Part shown: piece after piece, positions 13,410-27,291 of the stretch
How the letters are laid out: each line of letters begins with the position of its first letter
Numbering within the stretch: the stretch's first letter is position 1
Source of the DNA: Lama glama
Taxonomy: Eukaryota
Length of the DNA: 64,000 nucleotides
Direction of reading: 5' to 3'
Assembly: GCA_028534125.1 (NCBI GenBank)
Contig: CM052816.1
Location: 53,694,001 to 53,758,000, forward strand
Notes under the pieces: generated by a model
The model's database searches: none
Seen by the model: only the letters and a program-made list of their open reading frames with translations
Told to the model about the DNA's origin: nothing
Translations under genes and position numbers: made by a program

Positions 13410-14770
13410 TCTTTTTCATTATAGTTTATTACAAGATATTGAATGTAGTTCCCTGTGCTATACTGTAGGACCTTGTTGTTATCTGTTTTATATATAGTAG
13501 TTTGTATCTGCTAATCCCAAATTCCTAATTTATCCTTAGCACCTCCTCATTTCCCTTTTAGTAACCATAAATTTGTTTCTATGTTGAAGTCTGTTTCTAT
13601 TTTGTAAATAAGTTCATTTGTCTCATTTTTTTAGATTCCACATGTAAGTGATATCATGTGATACTTTCTCTGTCATACTTAATTTAAGCTAGGTCCATCC
13701 ATATTGCTATAAATTGAATTACTTCGTTCTTTTTATGGGTGAGTAGTATTCCATTGTGTGTGTCTGTGTGTGTACACACCACAACTTTATCCAATCATGT
13801 CTCGATGGACATTTAGTTTCATTCCATGTCTTGACTACTGTAAATAGTGCTGCCATGAACATTGGGGTACATGTATCTTTTTGAATTGGAGTTTTCTCCA
13901 GATATATGCCCAAGGGTGGAATTGCTAGTTCATATGGTAACTCTATTTTTAGTTTTTTAAGTAGCCTCCATAGTATTTTCCATAGTGGCTGCACCAAATT
14001 ACGTTGCCACCAGCAGTGTAGGAGGGTTCCCTTTTCTCCACACCCTCTCCAGCATTTATCATTTGTGAACTTTTTAATGATAGCCATTGTGACTGATGTG
14101 AGATAATAACCTCATTGTAGTTTTTATTTACATTTCTCTGATAATCAGTGATGAGCATCTTTTCATGTGCCTATTGGTCATCTGTATGTCTTCATTGGAG
14201 AAATGTCTGTTTAGGTCTTCCACCCATTTTTGGATTAGGTTAGTTTTGTCTTTTGCTTTTTGTTTCATTATTGAGTTGTCTGGGCTGTTTGTATATTCTG
14301 GAAGTTAAGCCCTTGTCAGTCGCATTGTTTGCAAATATTTTCTCCCAGTCTGTAGGTTGTCTTTTTATCTTGTTTATGGTTTTCTTGGCTGTGTGAAAGC
14401 TTGTGAGTTTAATTAGGTCCTGTTTGTTTTTGGTTTTATTTCTATTACCTTGGTAGGCTGACCTAGGAAAACATTGCCATGATTTATGTCAGAATATTTT
14501 GCCTATGTTCTCTTCTAGGAGATTTATGGTGTCCTATCTTACGTTTAAGTCTTTAAGCCATTCTAAGTTTATTTTTATGTATGGTGTGAGCAAGTGTTCT
14601 AACTTCATTGATTTACATGTGGCTGTCCAGCTTTCCCAGCACCACTTGCCGAAGAGACTGTCTTTTCTCCATTGTATATTCTTGCCTCTTCTGTTGGAGT
14701 TTAATTGACTATAGATGTGTGGGTTTATTTCTGGGTTTTCTATTCTGTTCTATTGATCTGAATGTGTATC
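13285..14770 (-). mobile_element. Younger L1 3' end, antisense, with ORF2 C-terminal remnant
   Basis: T-rich tail at ~13285-13303. ORF 13719..14087(-) contains [16 protein letters not shown], the L1 ORF2 Cys-rich motif. Confidence 0.92.
13377..13408 (+). repeat. (CA)16 microsatellite inside an L1 3'UTR
   Basis: Uninterrupted CA run read directly. Confidence 0.95.
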
Positions 14771-15978
14771 TTTATGCCTATACTACACTGTCTTGTTCAG
14801 TATAGCCTTCTAGTAAGTCTCAAAGTCTCAAAGCACTCTAGTCTTGTTCTGTTTTCAACATTATTTTGACTAATCTGGGTCCTTTGTCTTTCTATGTAAG
14901 TGTTAAAATCCGCATGCCAGTTTCTTCAAAAGCCTGTTAGGTTTGATTTTGTTTTATAGCTCGATTAGGAGAGAATTGCCATCCTCACCGTATTAAGTCT
15001 TCTAGTCCTTGAATATGATCCTCTGTAATTTCCCTTTGTAGTGTTTTATAGGTTTTGGTGTGCTTGCTTTGCACAAATTGTTAAATTTAGTTTTGAGTAG
15101 TTTGGAATGCTATTTTAAATGGAGTTTCTTTTAAATTTTATTGCCCAAGTGGTCACTGCCAGTGTATATAGCATTGATTTTTGTGTATTGATCTTGTGTC
15201 CTTGCTAAACACTTAATAGTTCTGATTGCTATTTTATCGATTTCTTTGGCTTTGCTACATAAATGATCATATCATGTGCAAACATAATTTTACTTGTTTT
15301 CTATTCTGTGTGTCTTTTTCTTGTCATAGTACACCAAGTACAGTCTGTATTACAGTGTTGAATGAAAGCAATGAGAGTAGTTATCCTTGCCTTGTTCCTG
15401 ATACAGAAAACACTGCCTTTTACCACTGAATTTGATATTAGCCATAGGTTTTTTTTTTCAAATGCCTATAATCATATTGAGGAAGTTCTTTCTATCCCTA
15501 GTTTGCTGAAAGTTTTTATAATAAGTAAATGTTGAATTTTGTCAAATCCTTTCTCTGTAACTATTGAAATTATAGGATTTTTCTCTGTTCTCTTCATATG
15601 ATAAATGACTGGGACTGATTTTCACTTGTTAAACCTTTCTGTTCCTGGGATAAATTCCTCATGGCTATGGTATATTAATCTTTTAATATATTGTTAGAAT
15701 TGATTTACTAACTTTTGTTAGGAGTTTTGCATTTATATCTTATTGAAGGCTTTTGTTTTTTCTTATGATGTCTTTGGTTTTGGTACCAGGGTAACTAGTT
15801 AATAATGGACTTTTAAAATGAGTGGGAGAGTATTTCTCCTTTATTTTCTGAAAGAATATGTGGAAAATTTGTATTATTACCTGTCTGATATTGTCTCATC
15901 ATTACTTTGATGATATCTGGGCTTGCAATTTCTTTTATGCAAAATTTTTAATTATGGATTCAACTTGTTGATATTGCC

Positions 15979-16586
15979 TGTGTGGCAGCTAAACTCAGCA
16001 GGCTTGGGTTGTGCAAACCCTGTCCGTTCCCAGGAAAGGTCTGTTTTCATTACTGTTTTCCTGGTTGGCTCCGGTGAACTGAGCTCTTGGAATGTTCTGT
16101 CTGGTAAGAGTGTACCTGAGGCTTTGGGCCATGCTGTATCAGTTTATCCAAATAATGTATACTGAAAATGTGTTTCTGGTAAACACCTGCTTTCCTTCTC
16201 ATGGTCTGGAGTTTCAGTTACTAATCTCATACACACTGATGAAGATATGTAGGCATACAGTGCCTGCATGACAGATCTCTAGTAAAAACCCTGAACTGTC
16301 TGCCTTAAGCAAGGTTCCGTGGTTGGCACCCCTTCATGCATGTTGGTACACGTTGTTGCCGAAGGAAGTAAACAGGCCTTATGTGACTACCCTGGCACGT
16401 GGATTCTTGGAAGCTTATTCCTGGCTTCCTCTGGACTTCACCCCATGTTCCTTTTCCTTTTGCTGATTTTAATAAATATGCTTTTGCTGTAATGAACTGT
16501 AACCACGAGTATAACAACTTTCTGAGTCCTGTGAGTCCTTCTAGGAGGTCATTAAACCTGAAGAGAGTCTTGGTGGATCCCTAACA
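15979..16586 (+). mobile_element. Solo LTR, MER77-like (MER21 group)
   Basis: Starts tgtgtggcagctaaactcagcaggcttgggttgtgcaaaccctg, has AATAAA near 16471, ends ctgagtcctgtgagtccttctag...ccctaaca. Confidence 0.75.
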
Positions 16587-19500
16587 CGAGGCTGTTTAGA
16601 GTCTTCATCTTATTGGATCTGTGTTGGTTTTTCTTTTCTTTTAAGAAATGTGTCCATTTCATTTAGGTTGTCAGTTTATTGGCATAAAGTTGTTAATTGT
16701 ATTTCCTTAGTATCCTTTTAATGTTTGTAGCTTCTATAATGATGTTTCCTCTTTCATGAAATTGGTAACTTTTGTCTTACCTTTTTTTCTTAATCAGTTT
16801 ATCTAGAGGCTTATCAATTTTATTGATCTTTTTTAAAAAACCCAACTTTTAGTTTTATCAGTTTTCTCTATTTCCCATATCATCGATTTCTTTTTGGTGT
16901 GATTATTGACTTTTGTATTTATCTGTTATATTTCCTCCTTGTACTTAATTTTGGGTGGTGGTTGTTTTCTGTTATTTTGAGTTTGGAACTCAGATCAAAT
17001 CTTTTTGTAAATGTAATGCTTTAATACTGTGTATTTTCCTCTAAGCATTGCATCAGTTGATTTCCTAAATTTGTATTTGATTTTTTTCATTGTTACTCAG
17101 TTAAAAATATTTTCTTATTAACTGTATGATTTATTTTTTGACTTAACGTGTCTTTCGAAGTATGTTGTTTAATTTCCAGATGTTGGGGGAGCGTTATGTT
17201 GTTACTGCTTTGTAATATAATTCCATTTTAGTTATAAAACATCATTCTCTTAAAATTTATGAGGACTTGTTTCTAGCTAATTTTTAAGTTTATTTTGGTA
17301 TGCATACCATGTGCAGTTGGAGAAAATGTATGTTCCACTATTATTGTACGTAATGTTCTGTAAGTATTTAAGTAAATGTGGTTGTTAGTATGGTTTAGAT
17401 TTTTAAAATGTCTTTACTGACCTCTTCTCTAGTTGTTGTACCATCTGCTGAGAGAGGGATTTTCAATCTCCCAATCATGATTCTGAAATTGTTAATTTTC
17501 CCCTTTAATTTAGTCATTTTTTGCTTATATTTTGTAGCACTCCTATTAGGCATAACTCTTTTCAGGTGTTCCTGATGAATTGACCCTTTTATCCTAAAGT
17601 AAATCCTTATTTTTCTCTGGTAATAATTTTTATCTTAATGTTTATTTGATTTCTTATTATTAATATTGGCATTCCAGCCTTCTCATCTTTGTAGGGTATT
17701 TCCTTCTTTCATTCATCTACTCCTAGCCTGTGTCTTTATCCCTTTGTACATCTCTTGTTGACAGCATCTAGTTCCATCCTTTTCCCACTCATTCTGTCAA
17801 TCTCTGCCTTTTAATTGGAATGTTTATTCTGTTAACATTTGTTGTTTTTAATAGATATGGTTGGATTTGAATGTACTATTATACTATTTCTTTTTTTTTT
17901 TGGTCTCCCTTCTTTTGTTCCTCTCTTCTTTTTCCTCTTTTTTATAGAGGAAATCTCATTTAAATTTTTCCTGTATTTATTTTTAACCTGTGCTTCTTTA
18001 CATTTCTTTCTTTCTTTCCTTTTTCTCCCTCCCTCCCTCCCTCTCTCTCTTCCTTTCTCCCTTCCTATATACATTCTTAACTTTTCACAGTCCAGTTATA
18101 TTTGATATTGTACTTCTTCATATAAAATATATAAGTCAACAATATACATTCTTACTCTTTGTCTTATGTTTTAGTTATTAATTTATCAGTTGAAAGCATT
18201 ATAAGACAGTTCAGTTTTTCCTTTAAATGTTCATATGACTTACGAGGAAATTAAAAGAAAAAACAGGAAAAAAAGTTGTTATCATTTGTTTAGATATTTA
18301 TCATGTCAGATGTTCTCTTTACGTTCTAAGGATCCAAATATCTATCAGTATCATCGTCCTGCCCTGAGAACTTCTGTTGGCTTTTTCTGTAATGGAGATC
18401 TGCTACTGATGAATTCTCATATCTTTTTTCTGAAAGTGTTTCCATTTTACCTTCATTGCTAAAGAATTGTTTCATTGGTCATAGAATTCTGGGTTAATAG
18501 CTTTTTTTTGTTCCAGCGTTTTAAAGATGCTTTAAAGACCCTTCTGCCCTCCACAGTTTCTTATGTAAAGTCCCTGTTAATTGAATCGTTGATTCTCCTG
18601 TATAATTTGTAATTTTTCTCTTGATGCTTCCATGTTTTACTTTTTATCTCTGGCCTTCAGGTCACTGATAACTATATTCACTTTTTTCCAGTCTTTTCCC
18701 TTGGTGCTTCACTTTGATAGCCTCTATGGCTGTATGCCCAGATTAGCTGATTTTTCCTTTTGTAGGGTCTAGCTGTTGTTAATCCCTTCTAGTATATTTA
18801 TCTTATCAGCTACTATATCTTTCATTTTTAAATGTTAAATTAGGTCATTTTTATATCCTCCAATTCTCTCCTTACCATATTCGTATTTTTGTCTACCTTG
18901 TTGGACATATGGATCATATTTATAATTGTAACGTCTTTACACTAGTTATATCATTTCTGTCATTTTAAATCTTTTTCTATAGATTGATTTTTCTCATGGT
19001 TACTATTCGTATTTTCCTGATTTGTTTATATCAGTAGTAAATTTTAATTAGATGATGATGATCATGAAATTTATGTTGTTGGTTGCTAGATTTTGTTGTA
19101 TTCCTTTAAATTGTGTTGGGCTTTCTTGTGATGCATAGTGAACTTGTATGGAGTCATTTGATTCTTTCAAAGAGTACTCTGTCTTTATTAGGGAATACAG
19201 AAACACCTTCAGTCCACTACTAAAGCAGTGGCTTTCTTCGGGTTCTCCTCAGTGATATGTGTATTTACAAAATCTTTTCTCTCTGGCTGGTGGGAACATG
19301 AACTATTCCTAGTTTTTGGTGATCTTTGAGATCTGTTTTGCCTACTTCTTTCCAGGTGTTTTTGGTCTGCCTCAGATGTTTCATCTCACTTATGTGCATG
19401 TTGGTGCTTAGCCTACAAGTGGATGATGCCCTTCTCCAGAATGCATTCTCTCTCTCTGTGAAGTTCCCTTCTCTTTGTTATTCTGCTCTGCAAATTCTAG

Positions 19501-21049
19501 CCGCCTTGGCCTCTGTGAACTTTAATCACTGTCTCCTCAGCACACTGAGTCTTCCGGGTTCTGTCTGAGTTGCCTCCCTTGCCTTGCTAGACTCACCCTC
19601 AATTGAAGGGCTCACCTTGATTTGTGTCCCTCTCTCAGGGTTCACAGTAATATACTGCCTACTGTCCCACATATGAAAACTCTTGTTTCATTTTTTTTTT
19701 AACCTGGGTTTCTATTTGGTTAAGTAGGAGAGTAAGTCAGATCTCTATTATTATTTTTAACTTACAGCTTCATATCAAAATCTAACTATTTCTAAAACCT
19801 TAGATTATGTGGAATGCTATCAAATGAAAACCTTAGTCTCAGTCTTCTTTACTTTCCATGCAGAATTTTCAGTTTATAACTGGTGACATGCTTCAAAATT
19901 CTCTTCCTCTTTTCCAACCTCTACATCAGAGTTCTATAATGGTGTCTTATAATGCTTTACAGCTGGGATATACTGGGCGAGCCACCTATCATTAGAAGTT
20001 TTATAGTCAGTACTTAAGTATGTATAGTTTGAACAACAAGGCATTTTCTAATGAGAAGATTGCATCAGTACAGGAAAAATAGAGTGAATAAAATAGTCAT
20101 GATCTGAGAATGGATGATAGGATTTTTTGTTTAAGTGGAACAGTAAGATCAACTAGGTCACATTTCATTTGTATACTACAAACAAGATTGATGCAAAGTA
20201 GACTCTTAGCTGTTTTAATACTATGCAGTAGACTGAATGTTATTATGTCTCATGTAAAGTAAATTAGTAGTTTAGTCTTTCCTCATACAAGGTAAATTAG
20301 TAGTTTAAATAGTCTTGCATTTGTATATTCAAAATCTAGAAAAGTACAGTGAGGTATACACTGTACAATTTCTGGAATACACATTTCTATATATAAAATG
20401 AATTGTTTTCCTGTCATTTTAACTTTTTAGTAGAATAATTTATATAATAGGATTTTAAACATAGTACTTTAAACCCACATTTTAGATACATTTTTAAGTA
20501 CACTTCATTTTCTATTAGATAGTAGGTACACTGTATGTTTCACATAGCGAATTTTGCTGCCAAAATGAATAGCCATCAGAAAGTGAATTGGACTAACTTG
20601 GATAAATTAAAATCAAAACAGTTGTACACTTGTTGCCAATTCAAGAAATAGGTTAAATTAATTTAATACTGGACTTAAATAACTTGATAAGCCATTCTTA
20701 CTAAGATTTTAGTTAATGGGAGAAATATGGACTGAACATGTAATCTTATGGTATTTGCAAATTTCACTTATGATTAATTTAGTAGATATTTATTAAACAC
20801 TGTTTATGTGCTTGTTACCATGTATAATTCTGAATTGATAATTCAGTTAAACTGTCTTTGATATGTTATGGCCATGCTATCTAAGCTTCTAATTTGATAT
20901 GTACATTAGTTTTATGGCTTATGGTATATGAAAGTTCAAGTAGCTGAAAAAGAAATCAAAATTTGACTTAGAAAAATTAAGATGTAGGTAAAGCTTGTCT
21001 TAGAGTTATTCAGGAATACAGTCTCTTGGTAGCGACAATGGTTGCTAGC

Positions 21050-21262
21050 TCTTAAAAAATGCTGCCAGTGCTAGGTTGTTAATGCCTTACATATATCAAC
21101 TCATTTTATCCTCACAAATAACCCTGGGTGGTTGGTTCTTTCATTTTTCATATTTTTCCATATGAGGACAAAGTAACAGAGAGGCTTGTTTATCTGACCA
21201 AGGTGATACCACTAGTATGGGGCAGTCAGAATTCAAAGCCAGGTAGCTTGGCTTCAGAATCC
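21050..21262 (-). mobile_element. MIR SINE
   Basis: ctcattttatcctcacaa...gaggacaaagtaacagagagg...ccaaggt...gaattcaaagccagg resembles the reverse MIR core. Confidence 0.7.
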
Positions 21263-21656
21263 ATTTTAGGTCATTCCCCTCTTAGAGCCATCCTTCCTGT
21301 TTGATTCCTCCCTCCTCTTTCTGCTTTAATGTCTTTGAGCTCTTATCATCGTTTGGTTTTAGCTATCCTTTGGGAGGTATCTGGCATTGGTATAATTTTT
21401 TAATGTTTTAGATATGGGTAGAAATGACCAAGTCCTTAGATATAGGTAGTAAGTTATGCTGTAACTGGTTCTTTCTGGACTTTCATTCTTCTTGTTTTAA
21501 GCAGAAAATTCTGTACTATTTATTGTTTATTCAGAGCTATTTGTAATGTTCATATAGATATCAATAGTAGAACTTATCTATTCTTTTTCCTTTACAATCA
21601 GATTCTGGTATGCTGTCTAATGATCTATAACAAAAGTGTCACTATAAACATAATTA

Positions 21657-22245
21657 CCGTAGTCCCCCCTTTTCCCCTGGTCTCACTTTTCACGGTTGCA
21701 GTTACTCATGGTCAGCTGCAGTCCAAAAATGTTAAATGGAAAATTCCAGAAGTAAACAATTCATGCGTTTTAAATAGCATGCCATTATGAGTTGTGTGAT
21801 GAAATTTTGTGCCATACTTTTGGGATCCCCAGCCATTGACATCATCTCCTCCTGACATCCAGCCATCCACATTGTCATGCTCAGGGATCCAGGATCACAC
21901 TTTCTGACGTATCATCAGAAGGTCAGTAGTAGCCTAACCCTGCATCACAACGCCTACATCATTCACCTCATTTCATCTTATCACCTAGGTATTTTATCAT
22001 ATCACATCACCACAAGACGAAGGGTAAGTGCAGCCAAATAAGGTATTTTGAGAGAGAGACTACATTCACATAACGTTTATTACTATTGTTGTTAAAATCA
22101 TACTGTGCCTAATTTATAAATAAAACTATCACAGAAATGTGTGTAGGAAAAAAATATCATTTTATAGAATTTCATACTATACATGGTTTCAGGCATCTAC
22201 TGGGAGTCTTGGAAAGTATCCGCCACAGATAAAGTGGGACTACTC
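21657..22245 (+). mobile_element. MER44/Tigger7-derived non-autonomous DNA transposon (TcMar)
   Basis: Imperfect terminal inverted repeats ccgtagtccccct...gataaagtgggactact, preceded by TA. Internal aaatggaaaattccagaa and ctgacgtatcatcagaaggtcagtagtagcctaac resemble MER44C/D. Confidence 0.85.
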
Positions 22246-23168
22246 CATTGATCTGTTTGTTTTGGATTTCTTTTGTTCTTGAGATACCTTGTTAGTTTTT
22301 TGAAACGTGCTTAATCAGCTCTGATGTTGTAGGGAAACTAACATAAGCTTCTTAAAATTTATGTTCAGGGAATTGATTGGTGTTTCATTGCTGTCAAGTA
22401 CAAAATTTCATCTCTACAAGTACACACTGCCTTAGGCACACAGTGGAGCTGCGTGTCATCTGCCATTGGATGTCAAATGATACCAAAAGTGACCTAGTAA
22501 GCAATCAGTGGTTATAGTACAAAAATAATCAAAGGTTTAGTCAATAACTCATGAAGTTTGATGTACTAGTATTGATAAACTAATTAAACAGATCTGCCTG
22601 TGTTCTTCCAGCCTTCTGGGGCTCTGCTATGATTAGCTTTACAGCAAGGAGTAGTGTAACATTGAATGAAAGTAACTGATCAGAGAATGGTGTAGTCACG
22701 GAGCTTTAAGTACTCCCATTTCTGGTCACAGAATGGTTTCAGGGAAAGCAGGCTTTCTCTGCACACCTGCAGCCAGTCAGTGCATAGGCCTCTTGTGGTC
22801 AATATTGATTGATTCTTATAGCAGAACTAGAACAAATTTAGTGTTTCGCAACCTTCTGTGATTTAATATTGTTATGCTTTTTGCCGTAACAGTCACAAAA
22901 ATCCTTCTCCAATAGTGAGTAATTACAGCAATGCCTGCTAGCTCAGCTGTGGTTTGAACATTTCAGTGTTGCCAATATAGAGTCCTGGATATATCTTGGA
23001 GTTCATAATTCAGCTTTAAAAGTTGGCTGTACAGTTAGGTAAATAAATCACAAGAAGATGAGGGGGTTGATGGACCCTAACCCATCTTTCGAAACTTTCC
23101 TGAGAACTATAGACTGAGGTCTGAATATAATTAGTAAAGAGAAGGAATATTTTAAATGGTTAGTTTGC

Positions 23169-23205
<37 letters not shown>

Positions 23206-24389
23206 GCAAGTTTAAAGACTTCGGAGGCAATCTTCTTAATACCTGTTGTTTCCTCATAGTATGTTGGTGTCTTTCTAGACATCTGATTCATGAATTATAA
23301 CTATTGGTAGTAAGTTAGATCCTAGATATAGCAATCTAATGGCAAGTGTCTTTTTTTTTTTCCAGTCTATTACTGGACTGTGATGTTTCATTCAGCTGAA
23401 AACTGTTGGTTTCTTCCCATATGTGAGAATATATGAATGAATAAGGAAGGAATGGTTCCTGTACTAAATAACCTTTTGCTCATTCCAAAGTGGATTTGAG
23501 AAATATCTTATTTAAAACATATCTTGTGTGTTGATTGGATATATTTAAATTGCTATAAATCAGTCAACCAGCAAGTGTTAGTTGCTTTTTGGCACTATTG
23601 TAATCTTAAGAACTTTAAAATCTGGAGAAAATCATTACACTGCAAATAATTATATATGTGCTTCTTAAACTGTGATTTAAAATTTTTTTTAATTTGTATT
23701 TCCATTTAAATAGAATATAAAACATTGGGTTTTTTTGGATCATTTGGTTGTCATCTTGTATACTCATATCACATAATTTTGGCACTCATTTTTTGTATTC
23801 TTATATGAGATCACCTGATTGCAAGTGATCATTTGAAGGTTTCATGGATTTTCAGGGGCCTACGTGGGTTGATACCATCTGTAGAGGCGTGGTCACTTGA
23901 TTAATTGGCACTCACACGTGTTTTTTTGGTGAGTTTGTTCCTGATTGGCTAACATTCAGAAGCAAGGGGCTGTCACAGATTGTTTGACTTGTGAAGAGCT
24001 TGTTGATTTAGCTGAGTTTTTGTCTGTTGAACATCCTGAAAACAGTTCTGGTGGCTCCATGCTGCCAGTGCTACAGATCTTCTTAGGAATGTGGGAACTT
24101 AAAAATATTTTCAGTTTTAGAAATTTTTTTTATCATGAAAAAGTTTAAAGTACTTTTATAATCAGAGAAAGTACTATTATTTTTTGTTGGAGGATGTCTG
24201 AAAAGTTGAGATTCACCCCTAAAGTGAAAATATCTTTATTATTTTACCTGGACACAAAACTTAATATTCATCATAAAAAATTAAGTAATATAGAAAGATA
24301 TCAAGAGTGAAGATCACTGGTTAATACCATCACCCAGAAACAGTGACTGTTAACATTTTAGTATATAGATTTTTTTCAACTTTTATGCT

Positions 24390-24580
24390 TACCTGACTTG
24401 AATCCTGGTTCTTCATGTAATAGATTTCTATATTGGCTAAGTCACTTAACCTCTTTGTGCTTCAGTTTCTTCACTTGTAAAGTAGGAATAGTAATACCTG
24501 TGCATTGAGTTTTGAATATAAAATCAATTAATCTAAATGAAACATTTAGAACAGTGCCTGACACATAGTTAAGTTTGTAA
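24390..24580 (+). mobile_element. MIR SINE
   Basis: aagtcacttaacctctttgtgcttcagtttcttcacttgtaaagtaggaata ... agaacagtgcctgacacatagt. Confidence 0.8.
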
Positions 24581-25149
24581 GTTTTTGAAAATATTACCAC
24601 ATGATGTCCATTCTAAGACATTTGTTTTCTATTTTAAGGTTTCTGCAGGTGGGATTTATCTTAACAATTGAGAGTGACTTAAAATTGTCAGGGTTTTTGG
24701 TTCCTTTTTTATATGGTCCATAAAATATGGTACCTCTTACAATTGATGGTGTGTTTTAGATTGATAAAATGCAATATATGTGTATATATATATATATAGT
24801 TTATTAATACAGAAATGAGATCATATACATACTGTTTTGTACCTTTTAAAAATTTTGTAAGGATATATTTTCAGTGTAAAGTACAGATTTACTTATATTT
24901 AGTGGCCACATAATAATAGTGTTGTATATGGATGTACTGTAATTTGTTTTACTGTTCCTCTATTAGTGGACATTTTATTGTTTCATTTTACTTTTGTGGA
25001 AGATTTTGATTAGTACAACTTGGGAGAAAGTAGGATGATAACGTGAGTGAAGAGCGAGACAAAAATTCGAATTATATTTGGAGACTATTCCTGTTTGACT
25101 AGAAAGGAAGTTCGGGGAAGGTTGTGGAGTGTATTGAGTTAAGGATTTT

Positions 25150-25790
25150 AGGTTTTGTTTTTAAGATTTTGTGAATCTAGTCAACACTGAAGAGTGATTT
25201 GAAGTATGTTTTTTGTTAGTTTCACCTCTGGCCCTGTCAGTATAGTACAGACAAATCAACTGATACCACCTTAAAATGGTGTGTTAGCATTTTTGTTAAT
25301 AATGATGGAGATGTGGAAAGTATGTTCATTAAGTTTTCACTTGTGCTTAGGAAATTGTGAAGAATAGCAAAATAGGCTGGATTACAGATTAAGCTCTAAA
25401 ATTATCTAAGAGGGTGGCATGATGGGTTGAATTTAAGTTGTTGAAAATTTCTATAGGTAAATGTAAGACTTGCCCTCTTTTTTAGAGAAAAAAACCTCAG
25501 CAGGGCAATTACTTGAGTATGGTTTGATTTAGTCAGTAGTACATTTGGAAAAAGTTTATGGTTTTAATCAAGAATTAGTTGTATCAGTAGAAGTATCTCA
25601 TCTGGAACAAAGTCTTTCTAGTTTGTTTTGCTTAGACTTCGTTTGTTGTTTGGAGTGCCACACTGAAAAAACTATAGACAAACTGGAGTGAGTTCAGAAG
25701 GGAGCTACAGGATGGTGAAAGAAGTCAAAACTGTGCTGTGTCAAGGGAACCTGGAGTGTGAGGGAAAGCAGGCGGCAGTTGTCTTTAAGA
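25150..25790 (+). mobile_element. L3/CR1 LINE fragment
   Basis: atagacaaactggagtgagttcagaagggagctacaggatggtgaaag resembles the CR1 ORF2 C-terminal DKLExVQRRAT motif. Left boundary uncertain. Confidence 0.65.
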
Positions 25791-26574
25791 ATGCCCAGAT
25801 GAGTTAGTGTGGTATAAAATATAGCCCAATATATCACTGTTTTTCATTTTCAGCATCAGTTCCAGTTATTTCCAGCTATTTCCCCTCATTCCTCTGCTCT
25901 TTGAACATTCCATAAACTTTTAGGTATACCCTACACTGATAAATCAAAAACTTAATCAGACAGTGGTATCTGAAGATATTTGAGAAGGGAGTTTCAAGCT
26001 GCATCAGTTGATGAATTTCAACTCAAATTCTAATTTTCATTTAACTTTTCTGCTCATCATTTTGTTATAAACGGTAATTAAATTGCCTTTGAAAACAGTT
26101 TTCAGAACACACTTCCAGCCTTTTGGAATTTTTATTACATTAAATTGGTATTATTGTCACACATTCTTACTGAGCTGAAAATAGCATGTAATGTATATTG
26201 GAATGTGAATATTACCCTAGAGTCAGAGTTGGGCTCCAACACCTTTTGACTGATGAGGAAACAAGCTCCCATACCATATAGTTAGTGGACAGATATTCTT
26301 TTACGAGTTTTGCTCATGAACTTTGTATTCCCTTCAAGAGTAAGGACACCTTGATGGGATGTTGCTCTTATGGGTTGGATTATTTAAAATGCTTACTTTA
26401 CAAGCTTTCTCTGTTTCTGTGCATTATCCTGTAATATATTATCTTTATTTTACAGCCGAGGCTATGACCAGGTTCAGTTATTTAGTTGAGAAAAATTGAG
26501 AATGGATTTTAGTATAGAAAATACTGAATGTTTTATTTTCACCCTGGGATAAACTGAATTTTTCTTTTTCACAG

Positions 26575-26670
26575 ATCAAGAAGTTAGTATATGTTTACCT
26601 GGTCCGGTACGCTGAAGAGCAGCAGGATCTGGCACTCTTGTCCATAAGCACTTTTCAGCGAGCTCTGAAG
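26575..26670 (+). CDS. AP3B1: AP3B1 internal coding exon (exon 4 equivalent), 96 nt, phase 0/0
   Basis: tttttcacag|ATC ... AAG|gtaaat. Translates to [32 protein letters not shown], containing the beta-adaptin KKLVY motif. Confidence 0.97.
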
Positions 26671-27291
26671 GTAAATAATACAGTGCACAGGCAAATAGCT
26701 GCAACGTTCTGCACAGCTGAAAGTGTGTCATTTAAAGAAGTGGAGCAATAATCCACTAAGTGGCATAGTCGTGTCTTGAAAGATTTAAATGGCCTCTCAC
26801 AGTGCCTATTCAACACCCTTAGAAAATAATTTATATAATCAGCTGGACCTTGCCTTGTATTTTGCAGTTTCTCTATGTTCCTTTATGTTCAGTATAATCA
26901 TTATCATGCGTCAAAGAATTGTTCATCATTACACCAACTAGTTGTTGAAAGTGTACAAAGAGAGGACGTGACTTTTTTTTAAAGGTAAAATTTATGACCT
27001 GCAGCATTTTATTATTGTGAACCTCTAAAAACCCATCATGTTTAGTACTAAATGGTCGACTAGAATTATAACCATTACTTTTCTTGTTAAAACATTATTC
27101 AGAGAAATAAACATTTATTTATCTTTTCCTTGTTCATTTCCATACACTGGTTATTTATTTTAAATTAAGTAGCCTTTTTTGGGGGGGACTATTATTGTGT
27201 TACACCCTGTAAGCACCTATTAATTGTATCATAAAGATGTCTTTGAAATATTGAAAAATTGAAATTTTGATGAATATTTTCCTACTTTTAG

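Larger units (their letters stand above)
9780..19750 (-). mobile_element. Long old antisense L1M host element, fragmented by later insertions
   Basis: Antisense L1 3'UTR, ORF2 and upstream-region text resumes collinearly after each insertion (9780-10330, 10799-11114, 13151-13284, ~14770-15978, 16590-19750). May be more than one element. Confidence 0.65.

Noticed and set aside
11115..16586. MER21-like and MER77-like LTRs as the two ends of one provirus
   Set aside because: Opposite orientation, only partly similar, and the sequence between them is L1 rather than ERV internal.
17832..18181. Lys/Arg-rich and Phe/Leu-rich ORFs
   Set aside because: Translations of a low-complexity CT-rich tract within old L1 sequence.
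26430..26480. Alternative acceptor ttttacag at 26455, 119 nt upstream of the 96-nt exon
   Set aside because: Use would shift the frame, the nearby donor is poor, and such motifs are common in AT-rich introns.
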